A DNA stretch of 64,000 nt, taken from assembly GCA_964016885.1 (NCBI GenBank), contig OZ024740.1:161076001-161140000 (forward strand), in the 5' to 3' direction. A program made the translations under genes and the position numbers. The notes beneath the pieces are model-generated. The model saw only the letters and a program-made list of their open reading frames with translations, searched no databases and was not told the DNA's origin. This stretch comes from Eledone cirrhosa. Taxonomy: Eukaryota. Shown piece after piece: positions 43,007-58,437 of this stretch; position 1 is the first letter of the stretch, and each line of letters starts with the position of its first letter.

Positions 43007-45237
43007 AAAAACATACTAGATAGGATTTTGCCTAAGCTTCGAAAAACAACTAGATTACAGCAATGGTCATGTACAGGAGAGTTAATAGAATGGTTTACAA
43101 TATTACCTGAGAAAAGTAGAACCAGCTTTATCCAACTGGATATTGGCGGCTACTACTCTTCAATCTCGCCCATAGTGCTTAATAAGGCTCTTATTTTAGC
43201 GATGTCTAATACGGACCTAACCCGCGAGGAGGTGGGCATCATCCACGCCGTCCGAAAGACCTTGATCCGTTTCAGTAGGGACCTTTGGACAAGGAGTGAT
43301 TGGCCAAAAAACTTTGACATCACGATGGGCTCCAGCGACTACTACGCACAGCTAACGGACCTGGTTGGGCTCTTCCTGCTGAAGCAGATAAAATAAGAAA
43401 TCCCCTGCCTGGCCGGTGGTTTATATCGTGACGATGCTCTCTTCACAGTCTATGACCACAGCACCACTATGGTGGAGAGAATGAAGAGGCGAATTAGGCA
43501 TTTCTTTAAGAACCATCGGCTCAGTATCGAACTAGACCCAAATAGAAAGGTAGTCAACTTCCTAGACACCACCCTAAATCTGAGCACCGAGCAATATTAC
43601 CCCTATCACAAGACAACGAGAAACTGGTATATGTTAACGCCAAGTCAAACCACCCTAGATACATAATTAAGGCCGTAGTGAAGAGTGTCTCGGACAGGAT
43701 CTCCAACCTGTCCGCCAATAAGGAGATCTTTGATAGCAAAGCAGAATATTATAACGCAGCTCTAAATAAGGCGGTGCATGGCCAAAATATATCTTATAAT
43801 CCGAGACGCCATGATAGGGATAGCCCAACAGACCCCTGGACCAACGGTATCCGGGAGAGGGGAACCCTGACAATACAGGAAGAGTGGAAACCACTAAACA
43901 CCATGAACCCGACACCACCACATTAGCGAAAGTGATGCGTACGCCTAACCATGGGAGGAAACCGAGTACGAGTAGCGGTCTCAGGGGTGATACTAACCAC
44001 CCCGGGCCCGACGCCCCCAACCACAAGACACGAAGCGGGACGGATGGAGGATCATTCCATTGTAGAACTCTCAGCGTGGGCAACAACCACCCCACAGGTA
44101 CGGACAGGGAAGCTAGCAAAACACCTAGCGCCCAAAGGGGAAACAACAATGCGGGGACCACTGACAACCCAACAACTCCGCAACAGCCAACAGCACGCTC
44201 AACCCACCCACATAGGAATAGACGTAGAAAAATCACGTGGTAAAACCCACCCTACTCAGCGGCCCTAAAGATCAGCCTGGTCCGGTCATTCTTTAGAGCA
44301 CTAGATAAATGCTTCCCTAGGAACCATAGATAACACAAGATCTTCAACAGACACACTGTGAAGCTCTCTTATTCCACCACGTGAAATGTAGCCCAGCACA
44401 TAGCTAGCATCAATAGGGGTAGACTTAAAAACTAAACACAACCAGAAGCTGGCAATATAAGCACCCAGCAGAACCATGGGGAGCGAAGGAAGGGTGGACC
44501 CAGTACCTACCCTGGAAACCCAAACAGACCCAGGGACCCACCACCGGGCCCGGGGGAGGACCACCCTATAATACGCAAAGGGAACCCCACATTAGGCACT
44601 CGGGGGTCGACCACCTCCTGCAACTGCAAAATCCCCACATTAAGCCCCTCATTAATGAATGCCTAAGGAAGACATTAATATACGGATGTAGAGTAAAAAC
44701 CCCCAACTCTGAACACCTTTACATAGGAGCCACATTAACGAGCTTCAAAGACCGATGGTAGAACCATCGCCATTCCTTTAATAGGGAGGACAAAAGGAAA
44801 AGTATGGCTCTTTCCGAACTGATCTGGAAGCTCAAACTGGACAGGATCCCGTACTCTCTGGCCTGGTCCAAAATCAGGAAAGTACCACTTGATAAAGGGG
44901 GATCTGGCATCTGCAAACTATGTCTGAGCGAGACCCTCGAGATACTCAGCGGTGGAAGCAGCCTAATAAACCTCATTACTGACTTCTTCGGTACATGTAG
45001 ATACCTCAGGGCCGGGACCTTCCTCAAGCTATATGGACAATAACAACACATTGGGATGGGAACTTCCCTTAAGGTACAGGGACAGTAGCCCCGCCACACT
45101 AAGCCCAAGGTAAACCACCCCCTACACACTCACCACCCCTACTCCTGCCTCGATCGACGCCTATGGCAACACATACTTATACATATGTCCATACATAGAT
45201 ACTGTTGTTTAAAATTATACATACATAGATACTTGCA

Positions 45238-45276
<39 letters not shown>

Positions 45277-45278
45277 GC

Positions 45279-45310
<32 letters not shown>

Positions 45311-45600
45311 GTATATATATGTATATATATACATATGGGATGCACCTGAGCCTGTGTTTGTGTGTGTGTGCTTGCAACGATGTGCGTTGACATACACGCA
45401 TATGTACTTTATGCCGAAATAGGAACTGTAGTCCTTTGCATTTCCGGATTTTGACACTCAGGTTCTGGTGTTTTACACTCCACTTTTATCTCATTTGCTC
45501 TTAAAACGCACCACCCGATCATAGTGTAAGAATTGTAATTCTGTGCACTTCTCGATTCTGACACACAGCTTTTCTATTTTCCAAATCTTTCAAATTTTGA
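43007..45600 (+). mobile_element. Second Naiad-type Penelope-like element, degraded (coding about 43010-45043)
   Basis: FIQLDIGGYYSSISP, NFDITMGSSD, GGLYRDD, VNFLDTTLNL, SNHP, RKITW*NPPYS, CNC, YIGAT, CKLCLSE, CRY; many stops and frameshifts. Confidence 0.9.
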
Positions 45601-47194
45601 TATTGGTATTACAAAGTTTGATATTGATATTACACACACGCATTTTATTTTTTATTTCTTTATTTTGTTTGGCACCCCCCACCACGTGAAATGGTGGCAG
45701 GATAGATGCCAACCCCACACACAAATTCTTCTGAACATAGCAGCAGCGAACCAAAGCTGACCTGCCAACTGACCCCTTAACACCACTACCACTACCAACA
45801 CAATGGAGGAAGTCAGCTGCACTTAAACAAAAACAACTACAACAGATTGTCTTGCCTCAGAAAAATTTCTATAGACTTTTGACTGAGGAATGTTCTCACA
45901 ACTGACCAATGGGATGAGAGAGTGTCCTATGACGTTGAAATTCGTTTATTCTAATTCATATGATTCCAGTTCCTGAGAGAAATAACAACGCAACCAGGAG
46001 CTGGACATATCGGAGTATTGATGGAGTAAAACACACTTCAACAACATGTGTAGCTGTCTCTACCACACCAATTCGGACTGCTTGAAGAGGTCACAGCCAA
46101 TGATGGCTGTCACAGAAATATATATAGCAGTATATCTATAATTTATAATAAACGAAGCCAAATTTTACATATTTGACTTAATTATTTTACATTACTCCGG
46201 AGTAAACAAACCAACCTGCGTACTTCGTCGACTGCTCTAATCTGCATACTGAGGTGTCGGTAAATAACCAACATATACTCAAAATTTATGTATACATATC
46301 AAAAGTATATATTGTGTTAAAAACGCACAATACTCCCCTGTGATTAAAATAGATCTGTATAATATAATATATTATACGTCCCTTCTGATTTGAACGCATG
46401 TGTTTTTCTCTCTTTATATATATATATATAATATGTGTGTGTGTGTGTGTGTGTAAATTTGCTGTATATATAGATGCACAAAAATTATACATACATGCAT
46501 GGCATCGTAGGCAAGTGTTATTTAGTATATCTATGCTTTATGAATGACACTGAGCAGACAGAAACTGTTTGGAAACCCGTTTGGTGAGCCTCGCCTGTAA
46601 TTGAAAGGGGTAGAATTTTCACACTTTGTCACGTTGAATCCCCTTGATAATTACGTTCAGGGTACACATGTCTGTGGAATGTTTAGTCACACGTTAATTT
46701 CATGAGCATGTTATTCTGTTAATCGAAAAGCTAGAACATTCATTTCAGAACAGAGGCCCATTCTATTCGACATATATACGTTTGTGTATACAAATATTGA
46801 CAGGTTTACAAGATTTTCATTAGGAAAATTTTATTTTTTATTCATTTCAAACATCAAAAGACTGTTTATTTTCTATGTGACTATTTTTCTATTTAATTCT
46901 ATTTAACTCTTTCAAACGTTAGTGCTTAATGTATTTGTTGTTGTTGTCGTTCCACTTAATATAATTTAGTGGACTAACATTTTCTGGCAGTTACTTAACT
47001 AAAACGCAACCAGCGTATAAAAACGAAGGAGTCAGTGGAACTTTCTGATAAATTAGATGTGATTATACACACACACAGATATTTATTGTATGTGTGTACT
47101 TATTATTTCTGTGTGCATATGTGTGTGCATGTATTTGCATATATATATTGAATTTAATGGAAACCAATCTTGGTTACAAGAGGCTTAGACATCG

Positions 47195-47243
<49 letters not shown>

Positions 47244-47849
47244 TATATATATAGATATATATATATATAAAATGCTTATTTTATTTATATATATAGAGAG
47301 AGCGAGGGGAAGTAAAATAAAGTTTAACCGTAAATAACTTTATATAATCTGCGTAGCTTTCTCGTAAGCTAGACGTCTGAGAAAGAAATGCAATATAAAT
47401 ATAAAAGGAAGGGTGGTTCGCTTGATTAGTTGATTGATTATGGGAAGAGAATTTGGAGAATTTAATGGTGGTGGCGAGATGAAGATGAAGTTTTGATTGG
47501 AATTGTAATGCTTTGCAAGTACAAATAAAAACAGCGTTATTTCCTCAATCTTTCACCTCAAATTGTACGAAGATTTCGTAATGCAGGCAGTCCATTCTAA
47601 TTGGGTCTTGTAATCGATAAATTGAGTATTCTCTTCAATGTAGAAAGAAAAATGGCAAGAATTGTGCAGGGTATTTAGTTCGAAATGCTTAAAATTGGTC
47701 TATATATTTTCATACTTGCGAGATCAAAGTACCAGTCGAATATTGGGGTTTATTTAATCAACTTTGCCCCTCCCCAAAATTTGCTAGACTTGTGTCTAAA
47801 TTAGAAATCAATATTTGTGAGATCATGTGGTGAAATATGTTTTCATGCG

Positions 47850-48800
47850 GCTTTCAAGTTTCTGGTTCAGCTGTTAAGTGCTGCCGGCAAAAGAGGCATG
47901 ATGTGACGGCGGATGACAGGAAGACTCTTCGGTTCAATCAAGAGGTCAAAAGTGCCATCCGAATAAAGATTGGCGCGGAAATAAGTTCTCCTTCTTTCAT
48001 TTGCGATAAAAGCAGGCACAACAAATCTCGGTAGATACAGTTAAGGCGTCCAAAGTTAAGACACAGGGAAAAATTGTGATTAAGCTGAAATCCAACTAGG
48101 GATCTTCGTGTTAAACCTTTGCAGTAAAGTCTATGCTAAGTGTCTGTAGGGAGATTGTCGAGTCGAAGCTAACTGGTGAACAGAGTGCTTTTCGCCATAG
48201 AGGCAGCACAGTCGACCTAATATTCACACTGCAGAAGGTCTTAGAGAAACCATTTGAGTATTGCCAATAGGTGTATTCCGCAGGGTATGCCGTGGAAGGT
48301 TCTGCAGGAGTATAGGATTGTTGGTTATCTATAGGAATGGCCGGGTATTTATGTTTGGATATATGGTGCTAAATCAAATCCATTCAATGTGGGTATCGAA
48401 CTCCACCTCGGATGCATACTGCCACATCTCTTGTTCATTATTTTATTAACAGGATTGGCATGCACAGCCGGGTTGGAAGTGATATCCCGATTGGCAGGTG
48501 TAAAATCAGTCGGCTAGAATTTGCAGACGGTGTAAATTAGTCAGAAGGGGATCTCCAACATGCACTTAATAGTTTTGATGTTGAATGCTGCAAGGCTAGA
48601 GTGAAAATCGGTGCTTCGAAGACTGAGGCATTCGTACTCTGAAGGAAGCCTGAGCAGTGCACTCTACATATGAATGGAGTTCCACTGAAGCAGGTGAAGT
48701 TTGGGGCCGTGTTAATGAATATTGTAAGGCAGGGGCTAAATTAAGTGTAGGAATATCAGGAGCGTGTGTAGTGATGCGCCAGATTCAACATTCGGTAATT
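47850..48800 (+). mobile_element. Degraded RTE-clade LINE
   Basis: FNQEVKSAIR, SKVYAKCL, EQSAFRHRGSTVDLIFTLQKVLEK, LEFADG, GDLQHALNSF...KIGASKTE in broken frames. Confidence 0.8.
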
Positions 48801-49654
48801 TCATGTTGTGTGTGTCTCGTCACCACTTACGAATCAGTGTCTTATAGTACTCAATATATCACGTTGCTGACGTTTGGGTATTACTTCATTTCAAATTCTG
48901 GTATAAGGAAATAGTTAACTAATGACATACGTATAACCGACCTCCAGACCAATCAGGTACTCACGACAGTTTTGACATATTTTGTTAGATTATCTTTACA
49001 GTGATATTTCTGAAAGCTAAAGAAGCTAGCAAGTTCAGAATGTCTCCTATATCAATGATTAACTAAGCGGAATAAAATAAAAATATACCCCTTTCTTCCC
49101 TTCTTTGAATCGTTACCTCATTAAGAAGTTTGAGATACGTTGGCTGAATTACGAATTATACGGAAAACGATATCAGTTATAGTCAAAACTATATCAGTTA
49201 CACGGAAAACGATATCTGTTGAACAGAAACCAATATCAGTTAGACGAAAAACACAATACAATATATAATAAAAAATACAATAGAAATATATTCAGACATA
49301 ATTACATAGCAACATAATTTATCTCAAAAGATATTGGTGACTATAATAGTTCAGTGGTGAAGATACATTGAAATACTAACCATTATTGCAGGGAAAATTT
49401 TTCCGATATTTTCTTTCGTTAATTCTTAAGTTAATGTTATTGAGTGGGGGAAAGAAAGCGAGTTCCACTGTGTTACATATACAATTTGTACATATATGAG
49501 AGCTATCCGAGACCATGCATGGAAGTTGATTTCCATTTGACAGTGTTTGACTTGACGATACTGTCATCCCTTCCAACACACACATTTATATACATATACA
49601 TCGATGTTGTGCTTGGTTCATGATTGTTTACACAAGTACAGAGAAGTCTCTCTA

Positions 49655-49693
49655 CTTTGCCGATGAGGTTATAACACCGAAACCTGTACGAAG
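49655..49693 (+). ncRNA. Minimal hammerhead motif with a U4C change (possibly inactive)
   Basis: ctttg CCGATGA ggt-tataac-acc GAAAC-CT-GTA cgaag. Confidence 0.6.
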
Positions 49694-50143
49694 ATTTCTT
49701 ATATAGTCGAAAATAATCATTGATAAATATGGTTTCATTTGTGTATCTCTAACCTACTATTTATTTGTAGTTTTCACTTTAAATCTCCCTGCTTTGAATA
49801 GTTTCCCAAAGATGTCAACTGACAAATTTGATGGACTGTCTAATAAGATAACTTGCTTTATTTACTCCGATTCTCTGAGATCAAAACACGCTGAGGTTAA
49901 TTTTGCCTGTCATTCTTACACGGTTGATAAATACCAGCCCCGTGCTGGCAGAACTCCCCCCTCTCTATCCCCCTCTCTCTCCATATATATATATATCCTG
50001 CGGTGCAAGTACTGGGAAGACGAAACATCAGTAGTACGCGGTGCATGGAAATTCTGAAGTAGCAGGAAGAGATTGAAAATTGAAACCGCTCGGGATCGCA
50101 GTCGAATCTCTAACTCATCAATATATATATATATATATATATA

Positions 50144-50370
50144 ATTAGAAATGTTAGCTATCGCCGTATTTTGACTAAAGAAATTAAAGAAATTATTTAG
50201 CCTGATAGTGGGGTTAAGAACCCTCGGAGAAATGGAAAAAGATGAGTATTGACGTACTACGTCAATACTCATCTTTTTCCATTTCTCCGAGGGTTCTTAA
50301 CCCCACTATCAGGCTAAATAATTTCTTTAATTTCTTTAGTCAAAATACGGCGATAGCTAACATTTCTAAT
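50144..50370. repeat. Perfect palindrome with 113-bp arms and a 1-nt spacer (centre 50257)
   Basis: Centre gagtattgacgta-c-tacgtcaatactc; the ORF track shows mirror ORFs on both strands. Confidence 0.95.
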
Positions 50371-50405
50371 AATTTCAAATCCACTCGCTGTTTCGAAAAT
50401 ATTCT

Positions 50406-50441
<36 letters not shown>

Positions 50442-52903
50442 AAAGTGAGGTTTTTTTATACATACATACATATTTTGATGGTCCCTAGAATGAGTACTCA
50501 GCACTACAAAAAGCCTTAGTATTGTTCATTGGAACCAAGTAATAGACACGGTGGGACCCAAGTTAATCTATGTTGTAACATGCTGTCAACAAATAAGTAA
50601 ATAAACACTATACTAAACTTTGTTATTGGCAGTAATTATTGTAACGTGAAGTTGGCTCCTGTTTGTGTAATTTTAAATCTAATTTTGTGTAAATGTTTAT
50701 ATTGTGTGTCAACTATTACATAATAAAATCATGGTAGATGGTGTTTACAATAGTAAAAGCACTCATGAAATATTTAAAATAACCCTTGCAAATACTTTCC
50801 AGATTCAGAATATTAAAAACTGGGTCACTCCACTTGACGCTCTGATCACCCCGCTCGAATTTCTAACTCAACTGCCCTACATTCTAACGACTCAGTCAAT
50901 TCCCTGCCTGCATATGGTAATGGTAATACCATTCAAACTAGAATGCTATGAAAATAAATTGAAAATGAAAGAGTAATATCTGAAGCATAATGCCAGAAAT
51001 ATTGATCCTACACACCTTAAATAAACCTAGGGGCGTCATGATGTTTCCTTCCGCTAAGGTGCTTTCTCAGATGTTATGAAATTATGTTGCTTAGAATTTG
51101 TGACTTTACTAAATTGTATACGTATATGAATTAGAGTACTCCCAGCTTTGTAGCTCCTATTAGCGCCAAATCCAGGTGAGCAGATTGGGACTAGGTCTAC
51201 TTCGTAAGAATAAAGGTTCATGACTTGGTAATTAAGATGTTTAGCTCATGTTTGTTTTACAGTGTTTTGCACTAAATCTCCAATAGAACTTAGTTAAGGA
51301 TGCACATATCTGTGGAATGCTCAGTCACTTGCGTGTTAATTTCACGAGTAGGCAGTTCTGTTGATGTAATAACTGGAACCCTAGTTTACGGAGCCAACGA
51401 ATGTTCAGCCTCTCACTTCACTGGGGTGGATTTGTAACTAAACAACAACTAACTGCTTAGCTAATCTTAGAATAATAAAAATAACAAAAATAAACTCAAA
51501 TAGATTTCGCCACGGTATTTTACATCATTATGCAGCACTCACCTTGAATTATACTGGCAAGATTTAATAAACAAATTCATCTAAAAATGTCTTCGGTATA
51601 ACTGAAGTTTTCCATCACAGCAACTTAAAGCTACCCGAATTGGATGTTGAAAATATAAAAACATATCCCCCAACGCAATGTATAGCAATATCTTCCAGAA
51701 AATCAATTTGTTGTGTCAAAACATGGTCTTCAGAAAAGTTCTCTTCCAATTTCTGCAGAACTAAATTAAATTTTCCTATTTTCTCTAAGGTTATAACGAA
51801 TCAAATTTATTGAAGTTATCCGAGAATAATTTCCTGAAGACATACATTTTTTTTTTATTTATGTGTGGTGTATCAACTTTTTTCAATTTTTTCTTCGCAT
51901 TATTCATTCTTTCACTTATATCTGTCCTTGGAATAGGATCACGCTTGTGTACCACCTTCTAATGTTTTAGACGATCATATCGACCCCCGTTACTTGTTCT
52001 ATTGATCTATATCATAACGAAAGGCTAAGCTTTGACACAATGCCCTTTTAGAGGGAGACCTAAACCTATATAAATGTTACAGGCCATTCGTTAAAAATTT
52101 TAGATGTCTGAAAAAAATCGAAAGCATATATACACACACACACAAAGGAAACTCAGACGTAAAAAATAACTATAAATACAGTTGGCTGGTATAAATACCT
52201 AAAAGAACTCGAGTAAAAATCCCTTAGGGACAGAAAGAAGTAACCAGCGGTTGCTGTGAGGAATCGAAACTCATATCTTTCAGATACCAGCTGGCTACAA
52301 TAAACATTAAGCTAAAGAGCCCCTGACAACAATCGCCATCTAAATTAGAAAGCTAAATTAATTTTGAATGTAAATAACATCCTATGCATAGTTCGAACTT
52401 TCGAAGCGCTGGGGAAAAGTGAGACACGAAAAATAACAGTAAATGCAGTTGGTTGCTATAAATATAGACATGATTATTATTTGGGGCCGTTTAGCTTTTT
52501 GGTTGCTCCAGTCAGCTGGTATTTCGAAGATATGAGGTTCCATTTCTCGTAGCGACCGCTGGCCACTTTTTCCGCCTATAATCTTTATCCAATTTTCTAA
52601 GATATTTATAGCAACCAACTGTATTTAGTTATTTTTTGTATCAGAGTTTCCTGCAATTTCTATGAACTTTATGATCCCTCAACGTTTCGAAAGTTCGATC
52701 TTTGCATACTATATATATACGAGCCCCGGTTTCAATCGAGGGCAACCACAGTAAGTAAGGTACTCAAAACATTAGTAGGGTGTAAACATCATGTTTAATA
52801 TAGGAATGGCTTCTACAGGACTAGAACTGTTCCATTCAAAAGAAATCATCAAGACATGAATGAAACAGTTCTATTCCTGTAAAAGCCATTTCAGTATTAA
52901 ACA

Positions 52904-52965
<62 letters not shown>

Positions 52966-55135
52966 CAAAGAAAATATAAGGCCGGATTCTAAATATTATT
53001 TTAATGTTGCAAAAATCCCAATACGTATTTCTATGGACTGCTTCCATCATCAGATCATGATGTAAGACTTATGGCAACGTTATCAGGGACATATTGCAAA
53101 AAGTAATGCCTACTGGTGGAATGGTTCTATTCATGCAATAATATTTGTATAAATCTTGTTTGACTGGTATTCGGTTTTCACTGAGCCAACGTATAATTCA
53201 TAAATATTTGTTGTGCTATAGCCCCACGCCATCCCTGATTGAACATATTTATGATCAAAGGCATTTTATCCGTGACTATCATGTATTTCATTCAGATATA
53301 ATGTATCATGGACTACAGTATCCATCATAATTTTCATTCTTCTTAGTCATTACAGACTGTAACTTGGTTGTTATTTTTTGCAGGTTATGTGGCCGCATAG
53401 AAGCTTCATGTTTTTATTTTATATTTAGCCCACATCAACATTGAGTGAATAAACTTAAGATCGAAGACGTCAAAGCCATGACTATACCTTTTTTTTATAG
53501 CAAGGGCTATTTTAATGTTGTGATGATTCAATTGAAATTTAGCTCCAATAACTAGTAGATTATGCAACTACTTGAAACCTGTATGCGTTATTTAGCTTCA
53601 GCATAACCCTGATCGGGCAAATTTATGATCAAAAGCATCTGTATAAGTGGTATAGAGTTTGAGACAGTAGGGTATTATTTGAAAAAGAGTTGGCTGCTAT
53701 TTCTAACAGGTGACTAACCACGTATATATTCTCAAAATCAAATAGAGAATCGTTTGAGGAATTTACTAAATATTCATTGCAACCAAGTCGAGTCGGAAAC
53801 ATTTTTTATTTTTGGAAATAATCCAACATATCCAGGTTTCTGCATAAATCGTTGATATATATATATATCCCAGTGCACTTATAATGATAGACGTAAACAA
53901 TAATTTATATTCAGAGTAAAGAGCTTGTTTGTGTTATTTATTTGTGTCAATGTCTATATTCATTTTATTTTCGTTTTTATGAAGTTTAAATTTGTTTAGT
54001 TGCACTTTGTTTGGCAAGTGACTTGATCTGAGATCGTGCGTTGAAACCGAAGCTATTACATCGTGGAATGTTTAAAATTTACAAGCAATAACTTATGGTG
54101 TAAAAACAAGATCAATTATTAAAAACATGAAACAGAAACTTAGAACAACACAAAGAATTATGGGAAGATTCTTGTTCGGAATCATTAAAAATGAAATGAA
54201 AAGCACTTGCCAAAAGACAAGAAAGAAAACGATTGCACAAAACATGATAAAATAGATTAAAAAGAGAAACGTATGGTAGTCAGGGCATGTTGCACAAACA
54301 AGCGGACAAACCGTTAGGCATTTTACACAACGTACTTTTGATTCTGCCACTCCACTACCCTCAATGTTTTGCATATATTAACAGGTTTGCTGACATATTA
54401 ACTTCCTGTGATGGATTGGCGTTCCCATCAGGGGAAACGTTTACCTTATAGGTCATATAATGCCTCATGAAACCAGGTTAAGCTATAACTTGATGACTCT
54501 CTACAAATGAGATAGAATTTAATTTAACTTAAGAATTAATTTTTCTTCATTTTGAGTTCAAATACTATTAGTCTATTTTGATTTTCAGGGATTAATAAAA
54601 TATCAGTAATGCATTGGGGTTGATTCTGTTGACATATGTGGGAGTGTGTGTCCGTGAAACATACATATACAACAGGTCTGAACACAAAGGAACCAAACTC
54701 GCACCGTCAGTACCTCCGTCTCTCCCGCTCTCTCCATCTCGCACTATTATAAACAAATAGGGGCCCACGCGCTGGGTTCCTCTTGGCCCCGGTGGACAGA
54801 ATAGAGAAGGCTTTCCCTGGAGGATGATGAGGCTATCATATTACCCCAATTTGCTCGAAATAGTCCAAATTGACCTCAAATCATACTATATCACCTTAAG
54901 GGCACCCTAGTGTACTGTCAGAAAAAAGAAAGATCGTGTTATCACTTCTGGAACATATTTAATCATAAGCCTACCTTATCGGATTTGATCGATTGGTCGA
55001 TGGGGTGAGCTACTACTACAACTACTTCCATAAAATTTATCATTTCATAATCATCTCTTACAAACGATATTGAGCCAATTTCCTCCTGGCTTTATAAATA
55101 GATGACTTAATTTGATTTATTTTGTACCCCCCCCC

Positions 55136-55239
<104 letters not shown>

Positions 55240-56757
55240 CGTTCTATTTCGTGAATATCGTGTTAATTGGTGTATTTGCGAATTTACACTATCACACTTA
55301 ATTACTGAAAGTTATATAAATCATGTAATTGACATATATATATATATATATATGCAAGAATAATTAAGAGCCAAGAAATAAAGAGAGGAAAAGCGGGTGA
55401 ATGAATGTGAATGTTGATTCTGTAATTAATTAAATATTTGTTCATCTACTGATATTTGACACTGGCTTTCGAAGAAATATTATCTAGTGATAGTTTTAGT
55501 AGAAAGTGTAGCATGAAATAAATGTTAACTATGTAGAAATTAAGTGTGCCTGTAACAACGAAAGCCATTTGTATTTGTGTGCTTATGTTCAGATTTAAAA
55601 CTTTTTTTCATACTTTTATTGTTTCAAACACCAGCTTAATGATTGCTAATGGTAGCAGGGAAACAGACGCGTGAGACTGTGTCCTTGAAACGTATACACA
55701 TACACCAGATTCAAACACAAAAGAACCAAGCCCCCACAGTTATGCCTCCGTCAATCCCGCTCTCCTCTTCTCACGTGAATTCTAGTTTTGGTATAAGGCC
55801 AGCAATTTTCAGGGAGGAGAAATCAATAAAATCCATCCCAGCTCTTTAATAGTACTGTATATTATCAACGTCGTAACGTTGAAAGGAAAAGTTGATCTCA
55901 GCAGGATTTAAACTCAGAATGTAAAGAGCCGGAACAAATGATGTTAAACTCTAACAACTCTTCAAATTCTAAGAAGAAGAATGGTTCCTGATTTAGGCAT
56001 AAGACCAGCAATTTTTTGAAGGAGGAAAAAGTCGATTAAATTGACCCCAGTGCGTTATTAGTACTTTTAGCGACTTCATAAGGATGAAAGGCAAAGCTAA
56101 CCTCGATAGTGACTAAATGTAGTGTTTAGTATATCATAATGTAAGATAGAGCTGCTGTTTTGGTTCTACTTTCTAACCTTAATGTAGGTTATTACAATAG
56201 CTTCATACAAGAATGTGTGGTCTGAAGAACAAAAGAACCAAACTATCATTTTCTCCGTCTCTCCTCCTCTCCCCATCTCTCACTATTATGAGCAAATGGG
56301 GACCCACGCGCTGGCTGCCCGGCGGACAGAACAGAGAAGGCGTTTCCCCGGTGGATGGTTAGGGAGACGCGCTGGAAGAGCCATTCCAGCTCGAAACATA
56401 ATTCTACATCATATGTGTTTGCATACTTATTTATATATCTGTCTTTAAAATGTATGCACAGACATACACAATACATTTCCTATCTCTGCCACGTTGCTGC
56501 AATGAGTTCGTTTACTAATTACAAGGACTTAGGATTCTAAGCTTATATTTGTAAAAAGTTATTTCTCCAATGCTACGCATATATTTAATCTTGTATGTTA
56601 CTTATACATAAACACAATTATATCCTAGAAATGAATTATTGAAATAACATTTTATCCTTTTCATGTATCAGTAACCAACATAAGCTATAGGGTTTCTCTT
56701 ATGCAAACCATTAATTAAAGCGCAAATTTCCCAGATTTATGTTTGCTTACATGTCCA

Positions 56758-56824
<67 letters not shown>

Positions 56825-56948
56825 AAGATAGTTGATTCAGCTATAAGAAACGAATTTAAAAAACATCCTGCCGTTATATTCATCAGAGGTTATTTATTGA
56901 AATGGAGCCAGCAGGAGGGCACTTTTACAGCGCCTTTCTTAAACACTC

Positions 56949-56991
<43 letters not shown>

Positions 56992-57020
56992 TATAAATAT
57001 ATATATATATATATGTGTTT

Positions 57021-57095
<75 letters not shown>

Positions 57096-57429
57096 TGTGT
57101 GTGTGTGTGTGTATGATTTAATCCCTTTAAATCTTCATCAACAATCCTTCTCTCCCACACTCATTAACACTGCCCCCCCCCCCAGACACATCCATATCCC
57201 TCTTATATATAGAGTCACACATCACAACTCAACATGATCTCAATTTGACAATCGCCATCGACGAAAGTTCTCCAGGAAAGTTAACCCGGAATCTTTAAAA
57301 ATCTTCCCACCGAAGTTAACAAAGAACTTACTAGATCTACCAACTCATAATATTATAATATTATAAAATTAAATCAAATTGTTTAGAACTACAAATGAAG
57401 TCATTCTTGTCCTCTTTTTTCATATACAT

Positions 57430-57519
<90 letters not shown>

Positions 57520-57958
57520 ATGTATATTAATGTATTTTGCAATACACTTTATGCTTAATTAAAAGCATTTTGAAGACCGTAAGCTATTGTTTTAAAGTAG
57601 TGACAAATTCACTCACTTTGATCTCAGCAAACAGGGGAGATAAGCCGACATGACATTTTTCGCTTTTGTTGAAGCTTATCAAGGCCAACTACCCCGCCTG
57701 TCTACTGAGATCAATGATGTTATATTCTTATAGAAATCTAGTAAATAATCAGGAGCTGATTATGCAGAGCGGTTGTTGGTCAGGCAGAAATTAAAAATTA
57801 GAATTGGAGCTCTGAAATAGCGATATATATATGGATGTATATATAATGTATTTTGAAATACACTTTATGCTTAATTAAAAGCATTTTGAAGACCGTAAGC
57901 TATTGTTTTAAAGTAGTGACAAATTCACTCACTTTGATCTCAGCAAACAGGGGAGATA

Positions 57959-58002
57959 AGCCGACATGACATGTTTCGCTTTTGTTGAAGCTTATCAAGG
58001 CC
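57959..58002 (-). ncRNA. Hammerhead ribozyme (U3-A8 variant); a further copy with one helix III mutation lies at 57643-57686
   Basis: Reverse complement of 58239-58282. Confidence 0.8.
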
Positions 58003-58238
58003 AACTACCCCGCCTGTCTACTGAGATCAATGATGTTATATTCTTATAGAAATCTAGTAAAGTGTATTGCAAAATACATTATATATACATCCATATATAT
58101 ATTGCTATTTCAGAGCTCCAATTCTAATTTTTAATTTCTGCCTGACCAACAACCGCTCTGCATAATCAGCTCCTGATTATTTACTAGATGTCTATAAGAA
58201 TATAACATCATTGATCTCAGTAGACAGGCGGGGTAGTT

Positions 58239-58282
58239 GGCCTTGATAAGCTTCAACAAAAGCGAAACATGTCATGTCGGCT
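58239..58282 (+). ncRNA. Type I hammerhead ribozyme, U3-A8 core variant
   Basis: ggcc TTGATAA gctt-caacaa-aagc GAA ACAT-gtc-ATGT C ggct. Confidence 0.85.
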
Positions 58283-58437
58283 TATCTCCCCTGTTTGCTG
58301 AGATCAAAGTGAGTGAATTTGTCACTACTTTAAAACAATAGCTTACGGTCTTCAAAATGCTTTTAATTAAGCATAAAGTGTATTGCAAAATACATTATAT
58401 ATACATCCATATATATATCGCTATTTCAGAGCTCCAA

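Noticed and set aside
45337-45445. Hammerhead in the 3' region of the second Naiad
   Set aside because: Helix I-like (gatgca/tgcatt) and helix III-like pairing exist, but no intact CUGANGA or NUH register; too decayed to call.
45876-45950. CTGAGGA...GAAATTCGTT
   Set aside because: No helix I complementarity.
53016-53056. Minus-strand CTGATGA...GAAATACGTATT motif
   Set aside because: It has a palindromic helix III, but helix I does not pair and the helix II register is off; probably a truncated remnant.
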